The translations under genes and the position numbers were made by a program. Shown in pieces: positions 37,606 through 47,344 of a stretch of DNA of 64,000 bases. The notes below the pieces were generated by a model. The model was given only the letters and a program-made list of their open reading frames with translations. It was not told where the DNA came from and ran no database searches. Every line of letters starts with the position of its first letter. The first letter of the stretch is position 1. Origin of the DNA: Actinomycetota bacterium (GTDB taxonomy: Bacteria; Actinomycetota; JAHEXW01; JAGVPG01); contig JAGVPG010000034.1 in the NCBI GenBank assembly GCA_020052375.1, positions 7,660-71,659 of the forward strand, in the 5' to 3' direction.

Positions 37606-38775
37606 TTGAAGAATGACGAAAGCCTTTTTCATTGGGGCATTCCTGGATGGTGTTTCATAGTTCTATGTGTAAGCCTTTTTGTCGCTGACTATTTTGTTTC
37701 TCCATCAAGTTTCTCGTCCAAGGCAATTGTAGGATTCCTTCAGAATGCACAACCTAATAGAAGTGGTACCATTCTCAGCATTGAAGCTGTTGTAGCGGCT
37801 GGAGGAGTAGGTATTCCAATCGGATTTGTACTCTATCAAATATATTACTGTTGTTTTTGGAAGTTCTTCTTTAGACCAGAACGATGGTTTACGCAAGATG
37901 TGTTTTCTCCAGAGTCTGCTGAGAAACTAGCACTACAACATGGGATGAAACGGGAAGATGACACTAGAATTAGAAGCAGCTTTGATTTTTTAGCACGAAT
38001 TCTCTTTAATATTGCCAAACTATCTCGGCTAATAACGTGGAATGATAGGTGGTTTAGGGATGAAAGGAAGAAAGAACAACAAGGCTCTGCTTTGTTGTTC
38101 GATCTCGAATCAATAAAAAGCAGACTAACGGAAATTGAAATCTCAAAGAGGGTATGGACATTTCTACGAACAAAGTTGGAGATGGAGTTGTATAAGAAAG
38201 ATAAAGCTCGTGTGGAGGAAAGCTTTAAGTCTCTAACAAGAAAATTTCATACTCTTGGAACAACTACTTTCGCTTTTGCTGGAGCTTTTCTTGTTCTTTG
38301 GCTAACTAAAGCCGGAGATATTACATATCTATATATCCAAATATACAGGCAAAGCAACATAACAGACAGTATCGTTATTACCTTAGTACCATTAGGAATC
38401 ATGTTTCTCGAGTGGAAAACACTTTTACGGGTAGGACACTACATCTATGAAAAACAAGCAACAACAGCTATTACAGGTGTCTTCATAATAACGGGAATCT
38501 TCTTAGCACTCATTGAGATGACATCTCTTATGGTGCTGACAGAATTTGCCGGCTCTTTGTTTATATTAATTGTGTTCTTATTTGTGTCTGTGTGCATATA
38601 TATACTTAGAAATAATCGACGAGACATTAGAATACGGATGAATACACTAATGCTAAGAGTTTTTGAGGATATAGATCAAAGAGAATCACAAACAAGTGAG
38701 AAACCACCATTATTAGTGGATCAAATGATTCAAGAGAATTCTAGTCAGAGGGCATACTTTAATGAGTATTACTAG
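37606..38775 (+). CDS. Hypothetical polytopic membrane protein (389 aa)
   Basis: Multiple hydrophobic helices with a central coiled-coil-like charged region. No assignable motif. Confidence 0.4.
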   Translation: MKNDESLFHWGIPGWCFIVLCVSLFVADYFVSPSSFSSKAIVGFLQNAQPNRSGTILSIEAVVAAGGVGIPIGFVLYQIYYCCFWKFFFRPERWFTQDVFSPESAEKLALQHGMKREDDTRIRSSFDFLARILFNIAKLSRLITWNDRWFRDERKKEQQGSALLFDLESIKSRLTEIEISKRVWTFLRTKLEMELYKKDKARVEESFKSLTRKFHTLGTTTFAFAGAFLVLWLTKAGDITYLYIQIYRQSNITDSIVITLVPLGIMFLEWKTLLRVGHYIYEKQATTAITGVFIITGIFLALIEMTSLMVLTEFAGSLFILIVFLFVSVCIYILRNNRRDIRIRMNTLMLRVFEDIDQRESQTSEKPPLLVDQMIQENSSQRAYFNEYY

Positions 38776-39053
38776 AGTCTAAGATTAAGTCTCGAAATCC
38801 TTGGTTTATAAATCATCCTTGATAGAAAAGCAATGAGATATTTGTTATTGTACTAGTTCACATCAATTTATAGAGCCTCGTGGGCACATTTCCAATCCCA
38901 ATCTGATCCTTCCAGTTCTTGAACATGCTCTACAAGATACTTTGAAACATATTTATCCGGTTTGATGATTGTCGATAGAATCGGGTAGTGTTCCTCGAGC
39001 AGCAGGCGTATAAGTGGTTCATGTTCGGTATTAAAAAGGATAACGTACAATAT

Positions 39054-40390
39054 CTTTCGCACATTTGTAAGGACGGTGGCCTCTTTCTGGTTTAATTGGA
39101 AGTGAGAAGACAACCTTTTAGACCAGAGAGGAGAACCACCGCTATGAACAAGTCTACACCAAAAGATCTCGGTAAGGTGATAGAGATCGACGAGGGGAAG
39201 ATCCGCGACCACTTAGGCGAGATCGTCCGGGACACCGTCGAGGAGACATTGAACGGCATGCTCGACGCCGAAGCCGACCGGCTTTGCCAGGCACAACGCT
39301 ACGAGAGAAGCGCAGACAGAACCGACACAAGAGCTGGTCACTACCAAAGAAAGCTTCATACCAAAGCCGGAGAGGTCACTTTGAACATGCCCAAGCTGAG
39401 GAAGCAAACATTCGAGACGGCGATCATTGAACGCTACCGCCGGCGGGAGACCTCGGTCGAGGAAGCCTTGATTGAGATGTATTTGGCCGGTGTTTCCGTC
39501 AGACGAGTCGAGGACATCACAGAAGCCCTCTGGGGTACACGAGTCAGCCCGGGGACGGTATCCAACTTAAACAAGAAGGTCTACTCCCGCATCGAGGAGT
39601 GGAGAAACCAGCCGATAGTCGGCACTCATCCTTATGTCTACCTCGACGGCATCGCCCTCAAGCGTAGCTGGGGTGGCGAGGTGAAGAACGTATCTATCCT
39701 GGTCGCCGTCGGGGTCGCATCCGACGGCTTCCGTGAGATCCTCGGTATTGTCGAGGGCGCCAAGGAGGACAAAGCCGGCTGGACTTCTTTCTTAAGACAC
39801 CTGAAAGAACGCGGCCTCTCCGGTGTCAGGCTGGTCATCTCAGACGCATGTTTAGGTCTTACCGAATCTTTGGCCGACTTCTATCCCGAAGCTAAATGGC
39901 AGAGATGCACCGTCCACTTCTACAGAAACGTCTTTTCTGTAGTCCCGTCCGGCAAGGTGAGAGAAGTCGCCTGCATGCTGAAAGCGATCCACGCCTCCGA
40001 AGACAAAGACGCAGCCCGTGAGAAAGCCGAGGCTGTGATCAGAAAACTTAAGGAAGCGAAGCTCTCTGCCGCCGCCAAGAAAGTAGAAGAGGCCATCGAA
40101 GAAACGCTCACCTACTATGACTTCCCCGCATCTCACTGGGTCCGCATCAGAACAAACAACCCGCTGGAAAGGTTGCTCCGTGAGATCAGAAGAAGGACCA
40201 GAGTCGTCGGATCCTTCCCCGACGGACACTCTGCCCTGATGCTGTCGGCCGCACGCTTAAGACACGTTGCTGGAACTAAATGGGGAACCAGGAGATATCT
40301 AGTAATGGAACTGCTCGCGGACTACGAAGTCGCCGCGGGAGTCGGTGCATAAACGATGCTGGAAGGAGGCCGCCAGATAAAAGTGCGAAA
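39054..40390 (+). mobile_element. IS256-family insertion sequence (~1.34 kb)
   Basis: Imperfect terminal inverted repeats: left CTTTCGCACATTTGTAAGG at 39054 and right ...CCAGATAAAAGTGCGAAAG ending at 40390 (9 terminal nt are perfect complements). It encloses a single IS256/mutator-type transposase ORF. Confidence 0.7.
39144..40352 (+). CDS. IS256 family transposase
   Basis: MNKSTPKDLGKVIEIDEGKIRDHLGEIVRDTVEETLNGMLDAEADRLCQAQRYERS...YLDGIALK...LVAVGVASDGFREILG...QRCTVHFYRN are IS256 (mutator) transposase hallmarks. A DDE region is present. Confidence 0.88.
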   Translation: MNKSTPKDLGKVIEIDEGKIRDHLGEIVRDTVEETLNGMLDAEADRLCQAQRYERSADRTDTRAGHYQRKLHTKAGEVTLNMPKLRKQTFETAIIERYRRRETSVEEALIEMYLAGVSVRRVEDITEALWGTRVSPGTVSNLNKKVYSRIEEWRNQPIVGTHPYVYLDGIALKRSWGGEVKNVSILVAVGVASDGFREILGIVEGAKEDKAGWTSFLRHLKERGLSGVRLVISDACLGLTESLADFYPEAKWQRCTVHFYRNVFSVVPSGKVREVACMLKAIHASEDKDAAREKAEAVIRKLKEAKLSAAAKKVEEAIEETLTYYDFPASHWVRIRTNNPLERLLREIRRRTRVVGSFPDGHSALMLSAARLRHVAGTKWGTRRYLVMELLADYEVAAGVGA

Positions 40391-41047
40391 GATTCTTGAC
40401 ACTACCTTAAAAAGATCGCGATCTATCAGTTTTTTCTTCGTTGCATATAAGACTGAATTGCAGTAGGAAATAAGAAGCTCTACATAACCATAGTATATAG
40501 CCCAAGCCTTATCTTCTTTGGTCTTCTGATCGTAAATAAGTGTGAAACAGTTCGAATTCCACTGCTTGGCGAGCGTTAAGACTTCCGGATACTGCATTCT
40601 ATAATCAACCATCTTGTCATATCGCGCTATTATCTCTTGTTGCATCAGGTTTCTTTGCGACTGTTTGTTCTGGCGAAGTTGTAACCAGGCGATTGTGAGA
40701 GAGACAATAGCAGATACAGAAGCTGCGACAAGTGCCGTGATTATCTGGTTCTTCATTATTCTTCCTCATTTTAGGCGTTGATGTGATTATATAGTCTGAA
40801 CAAACAGAGGGTTGAAAGTCAAGATTCTAGATCTTAACATCCGCTTTGCTCCATTTTGACTGTTTTCCGTGTTCGAGATACTTCCATACGTCAATTAATG
40901 GAAGCGACCATATGATGTGACCTGCGGTGCTTCCATACTCTAGTGTATTGGTGCGTGGAAGTGGGGAGGGAAAGCCGACCTGAAGGTCGGCGGCTACAAG
41001 ATCCTACTGATTGCGGCTTGCGAATCGCTTCTTGCTTCTGGCTCTTT

Positions 41048-41083
41048 CTGTTCACTGTTCATTGTTCACAGTTCACTAATCGC
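41048..41083. repeat. Four direct 7-bp repeats TGTTCAC TGTTCAT TGTTCAC AGTTCAC (family E) upstream of the DUF3795 gene
   Basis: A second copy lies at 44624-44660 and a degenerate inverted copy at 47262-47320, upstream of the minus-strand gene that starts at 47244. Confidence 0.6.
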
Positions 41084-41103
41084 TCCAGTGCTATAATCCT
41101 CCT

Positions 41104-41676
41104 ATGGATGCTCAATACGTTGAAATCGGAGTTTGTGGGCTTTCGTGCAGGTTGTGTCCTGCTTACATAAGGACGACCAAGAGCCGGTGTCCCGGATGTA
41201 AGACCGAATTCCGGTTTGGTGGACCCTGCAAGATGCTTCACTGCAAGCAGCTTAAAGAGCAGGGGATCGAGTTCTGCTGGGATTGCGGTGTTAGCGATAG
41301 CTGTGAGATATGGGCCAAGCATCGCGAAATGGGCAAACAATACGATTCTCCCAAGTGCTACCAGACTTTGGAGAAAGACATAGCTTTTGCTCAAGAACAC
41401 AGAGTCAGGGAGTTCGAGAAGACTCAAAAAGCCCGCGAGAAACTGCTCCGGACTATGATCGACGAGTTCAATGAGGGAAGGTCTAAAAGCTATTTCTGCA
41501 TAGCGGCGACTGTAATGAATATTGACGAGTTGGAGCAGGCGATAAAGAAGGCGAGAACAGATGTCAAGGATGTCAAAGATGTCGAGGATGTCAAGGAGAA
41601 GGCTAAGATTATGCATATGATCCTGGATGAGATAGCGGAAGAGAAAGGATATCTGCTGAAGTTGAGGAAGAGATAA
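41104..41676 (+). CDS. DUF3795-family cysteine-rich protein
   Basis: CGLSCRLCPAY...CPGCK...CKMLHC...CWDCGVSDSCEIW is the DUF3795 Cys pattern. A tandem GCAAGA repeat follows the stop. Confidence 0.55.
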   Translation: MDAQYVEIGVCGLSCRLCPAYIRTTKSRCPGCKTEFRFGGPCKMLHCKQLKEQGIEFCWDCGVSDSCEIWAKHREMGKQYDSPKCYQTLEKDIAFAQEHRVREFEKTQKAREKLLRTMIDEFNEGRSKSYFCIAATVMNIDELEQAIKKARTDVKDVKDVEDVKEKAKIMHMILDEIAEEKGYLLKLRKR

Positions 41677-41900
41677 TAGCAGCAAGAAGCAAGAAGCAAG
41701 AAGCAAAAAACGAGCCGTAATCCGGGGAACATTCTATTCATCACAGGATGCCAATGAATTTAGATTAAACAAAGACAATTAACTTCCGTTGTATGGTGGT
41801 AATTATCGTTGATTATTGCAAGAATATACTTAAATCTGGTATAAACGTAGAACGTAAGAATAATAAAACGACATTGAAAGGCAACTGATAGGCATATCAT

Positions 41901-42917
41901 ATGAATATGACACCAAAGAAGCGTAGCATACTACCCCTGATTATTATCATTGCAGTTATAATGTTGCTTGTCGGGTGTGTGGGCTGCGCTTTCCTCTTCT
42001 ATTGGTTGGCCAAGGAAGCGCCTTTAGACATACCAAGCCAAAGTGTGAAAGTAAAAGCGGAAGAGGTCTTCGAGGTCACTTTAGAAACATCCAATACGAG
42101 TGATAAAAAGATTGTCATCAATCAAGTCGATCTAGTACATAAAGAAATCGACAAGAACATTATCTTTACTGAAACGAAACCGGCCTATGTTAAAGAGCAA
42201 GTTGACGATATTATGGGGCGTACGCAAAGTTTGTACTTCAAACCTGTAGTGACAGTCGAACCGGGTAAGAAGAAGGAAATCACATTTCGGGGGCAGGCAC
42301 TCAAGGAAGGATATTATACGATCGAGGTAACGTTTTGGACAAATGAGGGTCAGGCATCCTCGAATATCAAAGTAATAGTAAAAGGCTCGGCAGGCCAGGG
42401 ATGGAAGACTGTTCAAACTAAAGACGGAGATGTTTCTATCGAGTGTCCAAGTAGCTGGATGGAAATACGAGGAGATAAAACCGAGCTTCCGCCGAGTGTT
42501 CTCTTTGGTGTTATCGGACCGTATGATCCAAACTCACGTTTCTCAACGACGTCGCTCTTATACCGAGTGCCGGTGGCCACACAGGATGTCGAATCTCTCT
42601 TTAAATCATTAGAACAGACATATAGCAGCGGCAAAAGTGGGGATGTGACCGTTAAAGATTTCAAATTAATCGAGGAGAAGCCCATCGAGCTTTCATACGG
42701 TAACGCTCGTAGGAAGGTCTACTCCGCTGTGATTCCGGGACAAAACCAAGAGATAGAGGTGACCATCGACGTTCTGGCCGTTATTGCTGGAGACGCTGGT
42801 TACATTATAGAGATCGATACCGCTCGAGGTGTGTATAACGATCAGTCAGTAATATTCGAAAGGATCTTTAAAAGTCTACGTATCGGGCAAGCGAGTGGCC
42901 AAGAGAAGAGTTTCTAG
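41901..42917 (+). CDS. Membrane-anchored secreted protein, function unknown (338 aa)
   Basis: An N-terminal TM (LPLIIIIAVIMLLVGCVGCAFLFYWL) and a beta-rich extracytoplasmic region. Confidence 0.4.
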   Translation: MNMTPKKRSILPLIIIIAVIMLLVGCVGCAFLFYWLAKEAPLDIPSQSVKVKAEEVFEVTLETSNTSDKKIVINQVDLVHKEIDKNIIFTETKPAYVKEQVDDIMGRTQSLYFKPVVTVEPGKKKEITFRGQALKEGYYTIEVTFWTNEGQASSNIKVIVKGSAGQGWKTVQTKDGDVSIECPSSWMEIRGDKTELPPSVLFGVIGPYDPNSRFSTTSLLYRVPVATQDVESLFKSLEQTYSSGKSGDVTVKDFKLIEEKPIELSYGNARRKVYSAVIPGQNQEIEVTIDVLAVIAGDAGYIIEIDTARGVYNDQSVIFERIFKSLRIGQASGQEKSF

Positions 42918-42947
42918 TAGAGAGCGGAGAAACCTATCGATCAGAGG

Positions 42948-43634
42948 ATGGAATACCCGTTAGCTTTCGATTATCTCTTTAAGGATCCGCACTGGAAGAG
43001 AAAGTATTTCTTTGCTTGTTTTCTGCTTGTTTTAAGCCCTCTGATATTTCCATTATTCTATCTCAATGGATATATAGTAAGAGTGATCAGAGAGGTGCGC
43101 GACGGGCGCAGGCTCGGTCTCCCGGCGTGGAACAAGACAGACGAGCTGCTAGTCGACGGCTTTCGTTACGTTGTCCTATCCTTCTGCTGGTACTTGCCGT
43201 TGATCCTCGCATACCTGACGATGTACATCCTGATATTTGTCTTGATCGCCCGAGAGCCGAACCAGGATTTAGCTACATTCGAGCTTTCCATAATGATTAT
43301 GGCCATTCCTATCGGAATGCTTATAAGTCTTTTTTTTATGCTCGTATCCGGCTTGTTACCGGGAGCGCAGATGGTCTTCGCGAATACAGACTCGCTTGCG
43401 CAAAGTCTTTCGCCTATCCGTACCGTTAAGGCCATATGGGTCGACGCTCTACACTACGCTCCTATACCGTTTATCAGGTATCTTCTGAACATGGTGGCAA
43501 TGCAACTGGGAGTGATATCCTTTTACATCTTACTACCGCCCGCGCTCGTGTACGCAATGTTCGTGAACGCAAATATAAAAGGTCAGACATTGAACGTGTT
43601 AAACAATAATAGTCCAAAAAGGACGCGAATATGA
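42948..43634 (+). CDS. DUF4013-family membrane protein
   Basis: N-terminal YPLAFDYLFKDPHWKRKYFF...VIREVRDGR plus 5-6 TM helices, recalled as the DUF4013 pattern. Confidence 0.5.
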   Translation: MEYPLAFDYLFKDPHWKRKYFFACFLLVLSPLIFPLFYLNGYIVRVIREVRDGRRLGLPAWNKTDELLVDGFRYVVLSFCWYLPLILAYLTMYILIFVLIAREPNQDLATFELSIMIMAIPIGMLISLFFMLVSGLLPGAQMVFANTDSLAQSLSPIRTVKAIWVDALHYAPIPFIRYLLNMVAMQLGVISFYILLPPALVYAMFVNANIKGQTLNVLNNNSPKRTRI

Positions 43635-43650
43635 AAGGGGAAGAGGCGGC

Positions 43651-44364
43651 TTGAGCGATAAAGACATGGTCTACGGCTATAACTGGAGGGAAGCTATCAC
43701 ATATATAATAAAGGACCCGAAGTGGATCTCGACAGTGTTTTTTCTGGGCCTTTGCATGTTGCTGTGGTGGTTGTTATTCCCCGTGTTCGTGTTCAGGGGA
43801 TATATTATCAGGACTATCCGCCATGTCGCTGACGGAAACATAAGCCTGCCTTCTCTTTCCAATTCCGGTGAGATGGTTGAGAAGGGATTCAAGATGTTCT
43901 TGGTTGATCTCGCTTATATGTGGCCCGGGTACCTCCTAACGTTTATTTCCATGATCTTTTCATTTGGCTTCATTGCTTTGATTGCAAGTTCGGAACCGAG
44001 CGCACTAGCTATTATGCTTGTCATGTTTGGTTCGCTTCTACAGATGATCGGCTCCTTACTGCTCATAGTGATCATACCGTTTACATGGACTGCTCTTTTA
44101 TGGTTCACCGCGACCAATAGCATGAAAGCTTGTTTCAGGCCAAAGCTGATGTGGCAATTCTTTAAGAAGTACTTCAAAGACTTTGTCATCATTTATGTGA
44201 TCAATATTGCTGTCGGTTATATCGCGTCATTGGGTATGTTCTTGTTCTTCATAGGTTATGCATTCACGCTAGCCTACGCTACGCTTGTGAGCGCTTACCT
44301 GTACGGCAAGCTTCTAGAGAAATCGCGCACGGACATACCGCCTGTTCAAAGCTTGGCTTCCTAA
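43651..44364 (+). CDS. DUF4013-family membrane protein (tandem paralog)
   Basis: WREAITYIIKDPKWISTVFF...IIRTIRHVADGN parallels the upstream ORF. Confidence 0.5.
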   Translation: MSDKDMVYGYNWREAITYIIKDPKWISTVFFLGLCMLLWWLLFPVFVFRGYIIRTIRHVADGNISLPSLSNSGEMVEKGFKMFLVDLAYMWPGYLLTFISMIFSFGFIALIASSEPSALAIMLVMFGSLLQMIGSLLLIVIIPFTWTALLWFTATNSMKACFRPKLMWQFFKKYFKDFVIIYVINIAVGYIASLGMFLFFIGYAFTLAYATLVSAYLYGKLLEKSRTDIPPVQSLAS

Positions 44365-44539
44365 CATGGGCTAAGATATGGGATCAGATAGAATGATGCA
44401 TTAAGATTTGGGAAAGGGGTATATTAATGGCAGGGGTCATCTATGAAAAAACACCCTCTATCAAGTAGATCACAACCAATTGCCCCACCTTACTGCTTTT
44501 TCGTAGGTCCTTAGTTGGTCGCCTAAAGACGACCTCTCA

Positions 44540-44612
44540 CGGTTACACCTTTTATGCATGTTTACGTAGTTTGCTTCGTCAGCCGCCCTTCGGGCGGCTT
44601 CCTCGCAACGAC
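44540..44612. repeat. Family C repeat (inverted orientation, with GCCGCCCTTCGGGCGGC hairpin), followed by the family E heptamer array at 44624-44660
   Basis: Reverse complement ...GTGTCGTTGCGAGGAAGCCGCCCGAAGGGCGGCTGACGAAGCAAACTACGTAAACATG matches the copies at 16691 and 47505. Confidence 0.7.
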
Positions 44613-44684
44613 ACTTTTTTACCCTGTTCACTGTTCATTGTTCACCGTTCACTAATTGCGGAAGAGAGGAAGCGCGGAACCGGT

Positions 44685-44864
44685 TTATGCTTCTTTGTTC
44701 CTTTGCATGAGATTTTCGAGATTCATAAGAGCGATAAAAGCGATGCCGAGTAAAATAAGACCACTATCGTAGTCTTGTTGAAGAAGATTCCATATTCCAG
44801 GCCCTGCAAGCATAACGATACCAATGCCTAGAACAACAAGAATAACCGGATTGGTCCTTTTCAT
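44685..44864 (-). CDS. Small two-TM membrane protein (59 aa)
   Basis: ATG at 44864 is preceded by a GGGAGG RBS; MKRTNPVILVVLGIGIVMLAGPGIW... The longer track ORF to 44993 lacks an RBS. Confidence 0.4.
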   Translation of the reverse strand: MKRTNPVILVVLGIGIVMLAGPGIWNLLQQDYDSGLILLGIAFIALMNLENLMQRNKEA

Positions 44865-45048
44865 GTATGCCTCCCTTTTTCCTAGATAGTATTGATAATC
44901 AACTGATGTTGTCAAATACGACAATGAAATAGGTGGGGAAGGAAAATGAGGTATTGGATTGACAAGATGGTTGTTAAGGCATAGAATACTCAACGTATTG
45001 AGATAATTAACTCAATACGTTGAGTATATTGTTAAAAGGGGTGTTTAC

Positions 45049-46242
45049 GTGCGCGATCTGTATGTTCGATCGGTCAATAATATTATAAAAAAGAGGCTCC
45101 AAGAGCCTCGTAGATTCATCCAGGTTCTATACGGTCCGAGACAAGTAGGAAAGACTACCGCTATTCTTCAGGTGCTTGAGGGGATCAGGATAGCGCATTC
45201 ATATGCTTCCGCCGACAAACCACTCCTGCAAGATGTCGACTGGGTACAAGATGAATGGCAAAAAGCTCGCGGTCTATTAGCGAAGAATAAACAAGCTGTT
45301 CTTGTGCTCGATGAGATCCAAAAAGTGCCGGAATGGTCGGAAGTAGTGAAACGGCTATGGGATGAAGATACAAGACAAGGCAGACTACTTCATGTTGTAT
45401 TGCTTGGTTCGTCTCCGTTTCTCATCCAAAAGGGTTTAACGGAGAGTTTGGCCGGCCGTTTTGAGGTCATACGCATTCCGCATTGGTCGTTTGTCGAGTG
45501 CCGGGACTATTTCGGTTGGGACGCAGATGTTTATATTTATTATGGCGGGTATCCGGGTGCTGCGCCTCTAATAGAGGACCGCTCACGCTGGGTCAGGTAT
45601 ATAGAGGATGCTTTAATCGAGACGACCGTATCGCGGGACATCTTGCTGTTGACGCGCATCGATAAACCGGCGTTGTTAAGGCGCTTATTCTATCTGGCTT
45701 GCCTGTACTCCGGACAGATTGTGACATATGAGAGTATGCTCGGGCAGCTTCACGAAAAAGGAAACACGACAACCCTAGCACACTATCTAGATCTCCTAGA
45801 CGGTGTCGGTTTTGTGAGAGGTCTTCAAAAATACTCTGGTTCGATAATCCGCCAACGCGCTTCCAGCCCCAAATTGCAGGTCTATAACAACGCTTTGATG
45901 ACTTCTCAATCCGATACAAGCTTTGATGAAGCGCGAGAGGACAAACCGTACTGGGGGAGGCTTGTTGAATCAGCAGTTGGAGCACATCTTCTAAGGGGTG
46001 TTATGGAACACAGATTCGAACTTTTTTATTGGCGCGAGAAGAGCAACGAGGTCGATTTTGTTATCCGTCATAGAAAAGGGGTAACGGCGGTTGAAGTTAA
46101 AACAGGATCGAGTGAACGTGCTCGACGCGGTTTCTCGGCATTCAGCCGGAACTATAAGGCAGATAAAATGATTATTATAGGACCGGAAGGTATACCGGTC
46201 GAAGACTTCCTCTTGGCCGAACCGGACGCTTTTATGAGCTAG
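45049..46242 (+). CDS. AAA-superfamily ATPase with DUF4143 C-terminal domain (COG1373-like)
   Basis: Walker A GPRQVGKTT and Walker B VLVLDEIQ are present. The C-terminal ...WREKSNEVDFVI... region is DUF4143-like. The stop TAG is embedded in a family B repeat. Confidence 0.7.
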   Translation: MRDLYVRSVNNIIKKRLQEPRRFIQVLYGPRQVGKTTAILQVLEGIRIAHSYASADKPLLQDVDWVQDEWQKARGLLAKNKQAVLVLDEIQKVPEWSEVVKRLWDEDTRQGRLLHVVLLGSSPFLIQKGLTESLAGRFEVIRIPHWSFVECRDYFGWDADVYIYYGGYPGAAPLIEDRSRWVRYIEDALIETTVSRDILLLTRIDKPALLRRLFYLACLYSGQIVTYESMLGQLHEKGNTTTLAHYLDLLDGVGFVRGLQKYSGSIIRQRASSPKLQVYNNALMTSQSDTSFDEAREDKPYWGRLVESAVGAHLLRGVMEHRFELFYWREKSNEVDFVIRHRKGVTAVEVKTGSSERARRGFSAFSRNYKADKMIIIGPEGIPVEDFLLAEPDAFMS

Positions 46243-46483
46243 CCGACCTAAAGGTCGGCGGCTACATTTAGTCTACCTAACCCCCTCCCTGGATCCCTCC
46301 CCCTTTGAAATGGGGAGGGAAACGTTTCATTCTCTTTTACCTTTCTAAACAATGTGCATTGTGCGAGGAGTAGGCGAGAGTATGGCATTATACATACTGT
46401 CTCTGGGCTAGGTTGAAGAATTCTTCGAGCGAGATATCTTTAGCGAGAAGATTTACTTCAACCTAGTCCAGGTACACACTTTT
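46243..46483. repeat. Mosaic repeat block: family B hairpin (46246) + family A C/G palindrome (46281) + family D 90-bp element (46390-46483, GGTTGAAGAATTCTTCGAGCG...TTCAACCTAG)
   Basis: The same three modules recur at 47345-47530 on the other side of gene 46552-47244. Confidence 0.75.
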
Positions 46484-46551
46484 CATGTCTTTCGCTGACT
46501 GAGAGCAATCACTTTTAAAGGGAGGCCGACCTGAAGGTCGGCGGCTACGTG

Positions 46552-47244
46552 TTAGATGTTGCGTTGGACGGCGAGCCATTCCTGGCGGATCTCGTCCCGG
46601 AGCCGGCGGTACTCGGCGGCCTTTACGTTCCTGGCCGCGTTGTTCTCATCCAGTTCCTTATCCTCTTCCATGTTCTCGGTTTTGAATTCGTCTGTAGTTA
46701 TTGAGCCGTTGGCCGCATTCCTATAGGTTGTGATGAACTTCCTATCTATGTCGATGCTGGTCTGAAGCAGGGTCCTAAAATCGTTTTCAACGGCATTTCC
46801 CTCGGCTGCTTTGACGGCTAGGTTTGCGGATGATGACTTGAGCGACACGGGCTCGACTTTTGCCGACTCGGATGCCAGTCTCATCACCAGGCCGTTCTCC
46901 TGCATTACAGCGGTGTTTATCTCGTCGACCAATGACTGTTGCTTGTCGACGTTGGCCTCGACATCGTCGATCGCTTTTAAGACCTCGGTGTTGTCGCCGG
47001 CATTGGCGGCGGCCTCCATCTTGTCCACCAGCGTGTTCCGCTCTTGTTCGAGGGTCGAGAATTCGTCGAGCTTTGTGTTGACCTTGTTAGCTGCAGCTAT
47101 GTATTGATTGTAGACGTCCTTGAATCCAAGAGCCGACTGCCTCTGCTGGTTTCGCCTGTTGAGCAGATAGACCGCCCCTGCCAGGCAGCAGGCAAGCAAG
47201 ACAACAACAAGGATGACTGCGATTATGACCAGTATCTTTTTCAT
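46552..47244 (-). CDS. Membrane-anchored coiled-coil protein, function unknown (230 aa)
   Basis: An N-terminal TM (ILVIIAVILVVVLLACCLAGAVYLL) followed by an alpha-helical, Ala/Glu/Asn-rich periplasmic region. The mosaic repeat blocks flank it on both sides. Confidence 0.4.
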   Translation of the reverse strand: MKKILVIIAVILVVVLLACCLAGAVYLLNRRNQQRQSALGFKDVYNQYIAAANKVNTKLDEFSTLEQERNTLVDKMEAAANAGDNTEVLKAIDDVEANVDKQQSLVDEINTAVMQENGLVMRLASESAKVEPVSLKSSSANLAVKAAEGNAVENDFRTLLQTSIDIDRKFITTYRNAANGSITTDEFKTENMEEDKELDENNAARNVKAAEYRRLRDEIRQEWLAVQRNI

Positions 47245-47344
47245 GGCACTCCTTTGTTAGTGAATTAGTGAATGTTGAATTTATTATAGTGTAAAATCGG
47301 TGAACAGTGAATAAAGGGAATAAAGTTAATAAGAGCGGAGAGCG

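Larger units (their letters stand above)
38868..40756 (-). pseudogene. Minus-strand gene (~185 aa, N-terminal TM) interrupted by the IS256-family insertion
   Basis: ORF 40322-40756 (-) starts MKNQIITALVAASVSAIV... and runs into the IS right end at ~40390. ORF 38868-39212 (-) resumes in host DNA from ~39053 (...VRKILYVILFNTEHEPLIRLL...). The two segments flank the IS. Confidence 0.5.

Noticed and set aside
39030-39080. Alternative IS256 left boundary at GGTGGCCTCTTTCTGG (39075) paired with GGAGGCCGCC (40367)
   Set aside because: The complementarity was weak. The CTTTCGCAC/GTGCGAAAG termini at 39054 and 40390 give a 9-nt perfect terminal match and an element length (1337 bp) typical of IS256.
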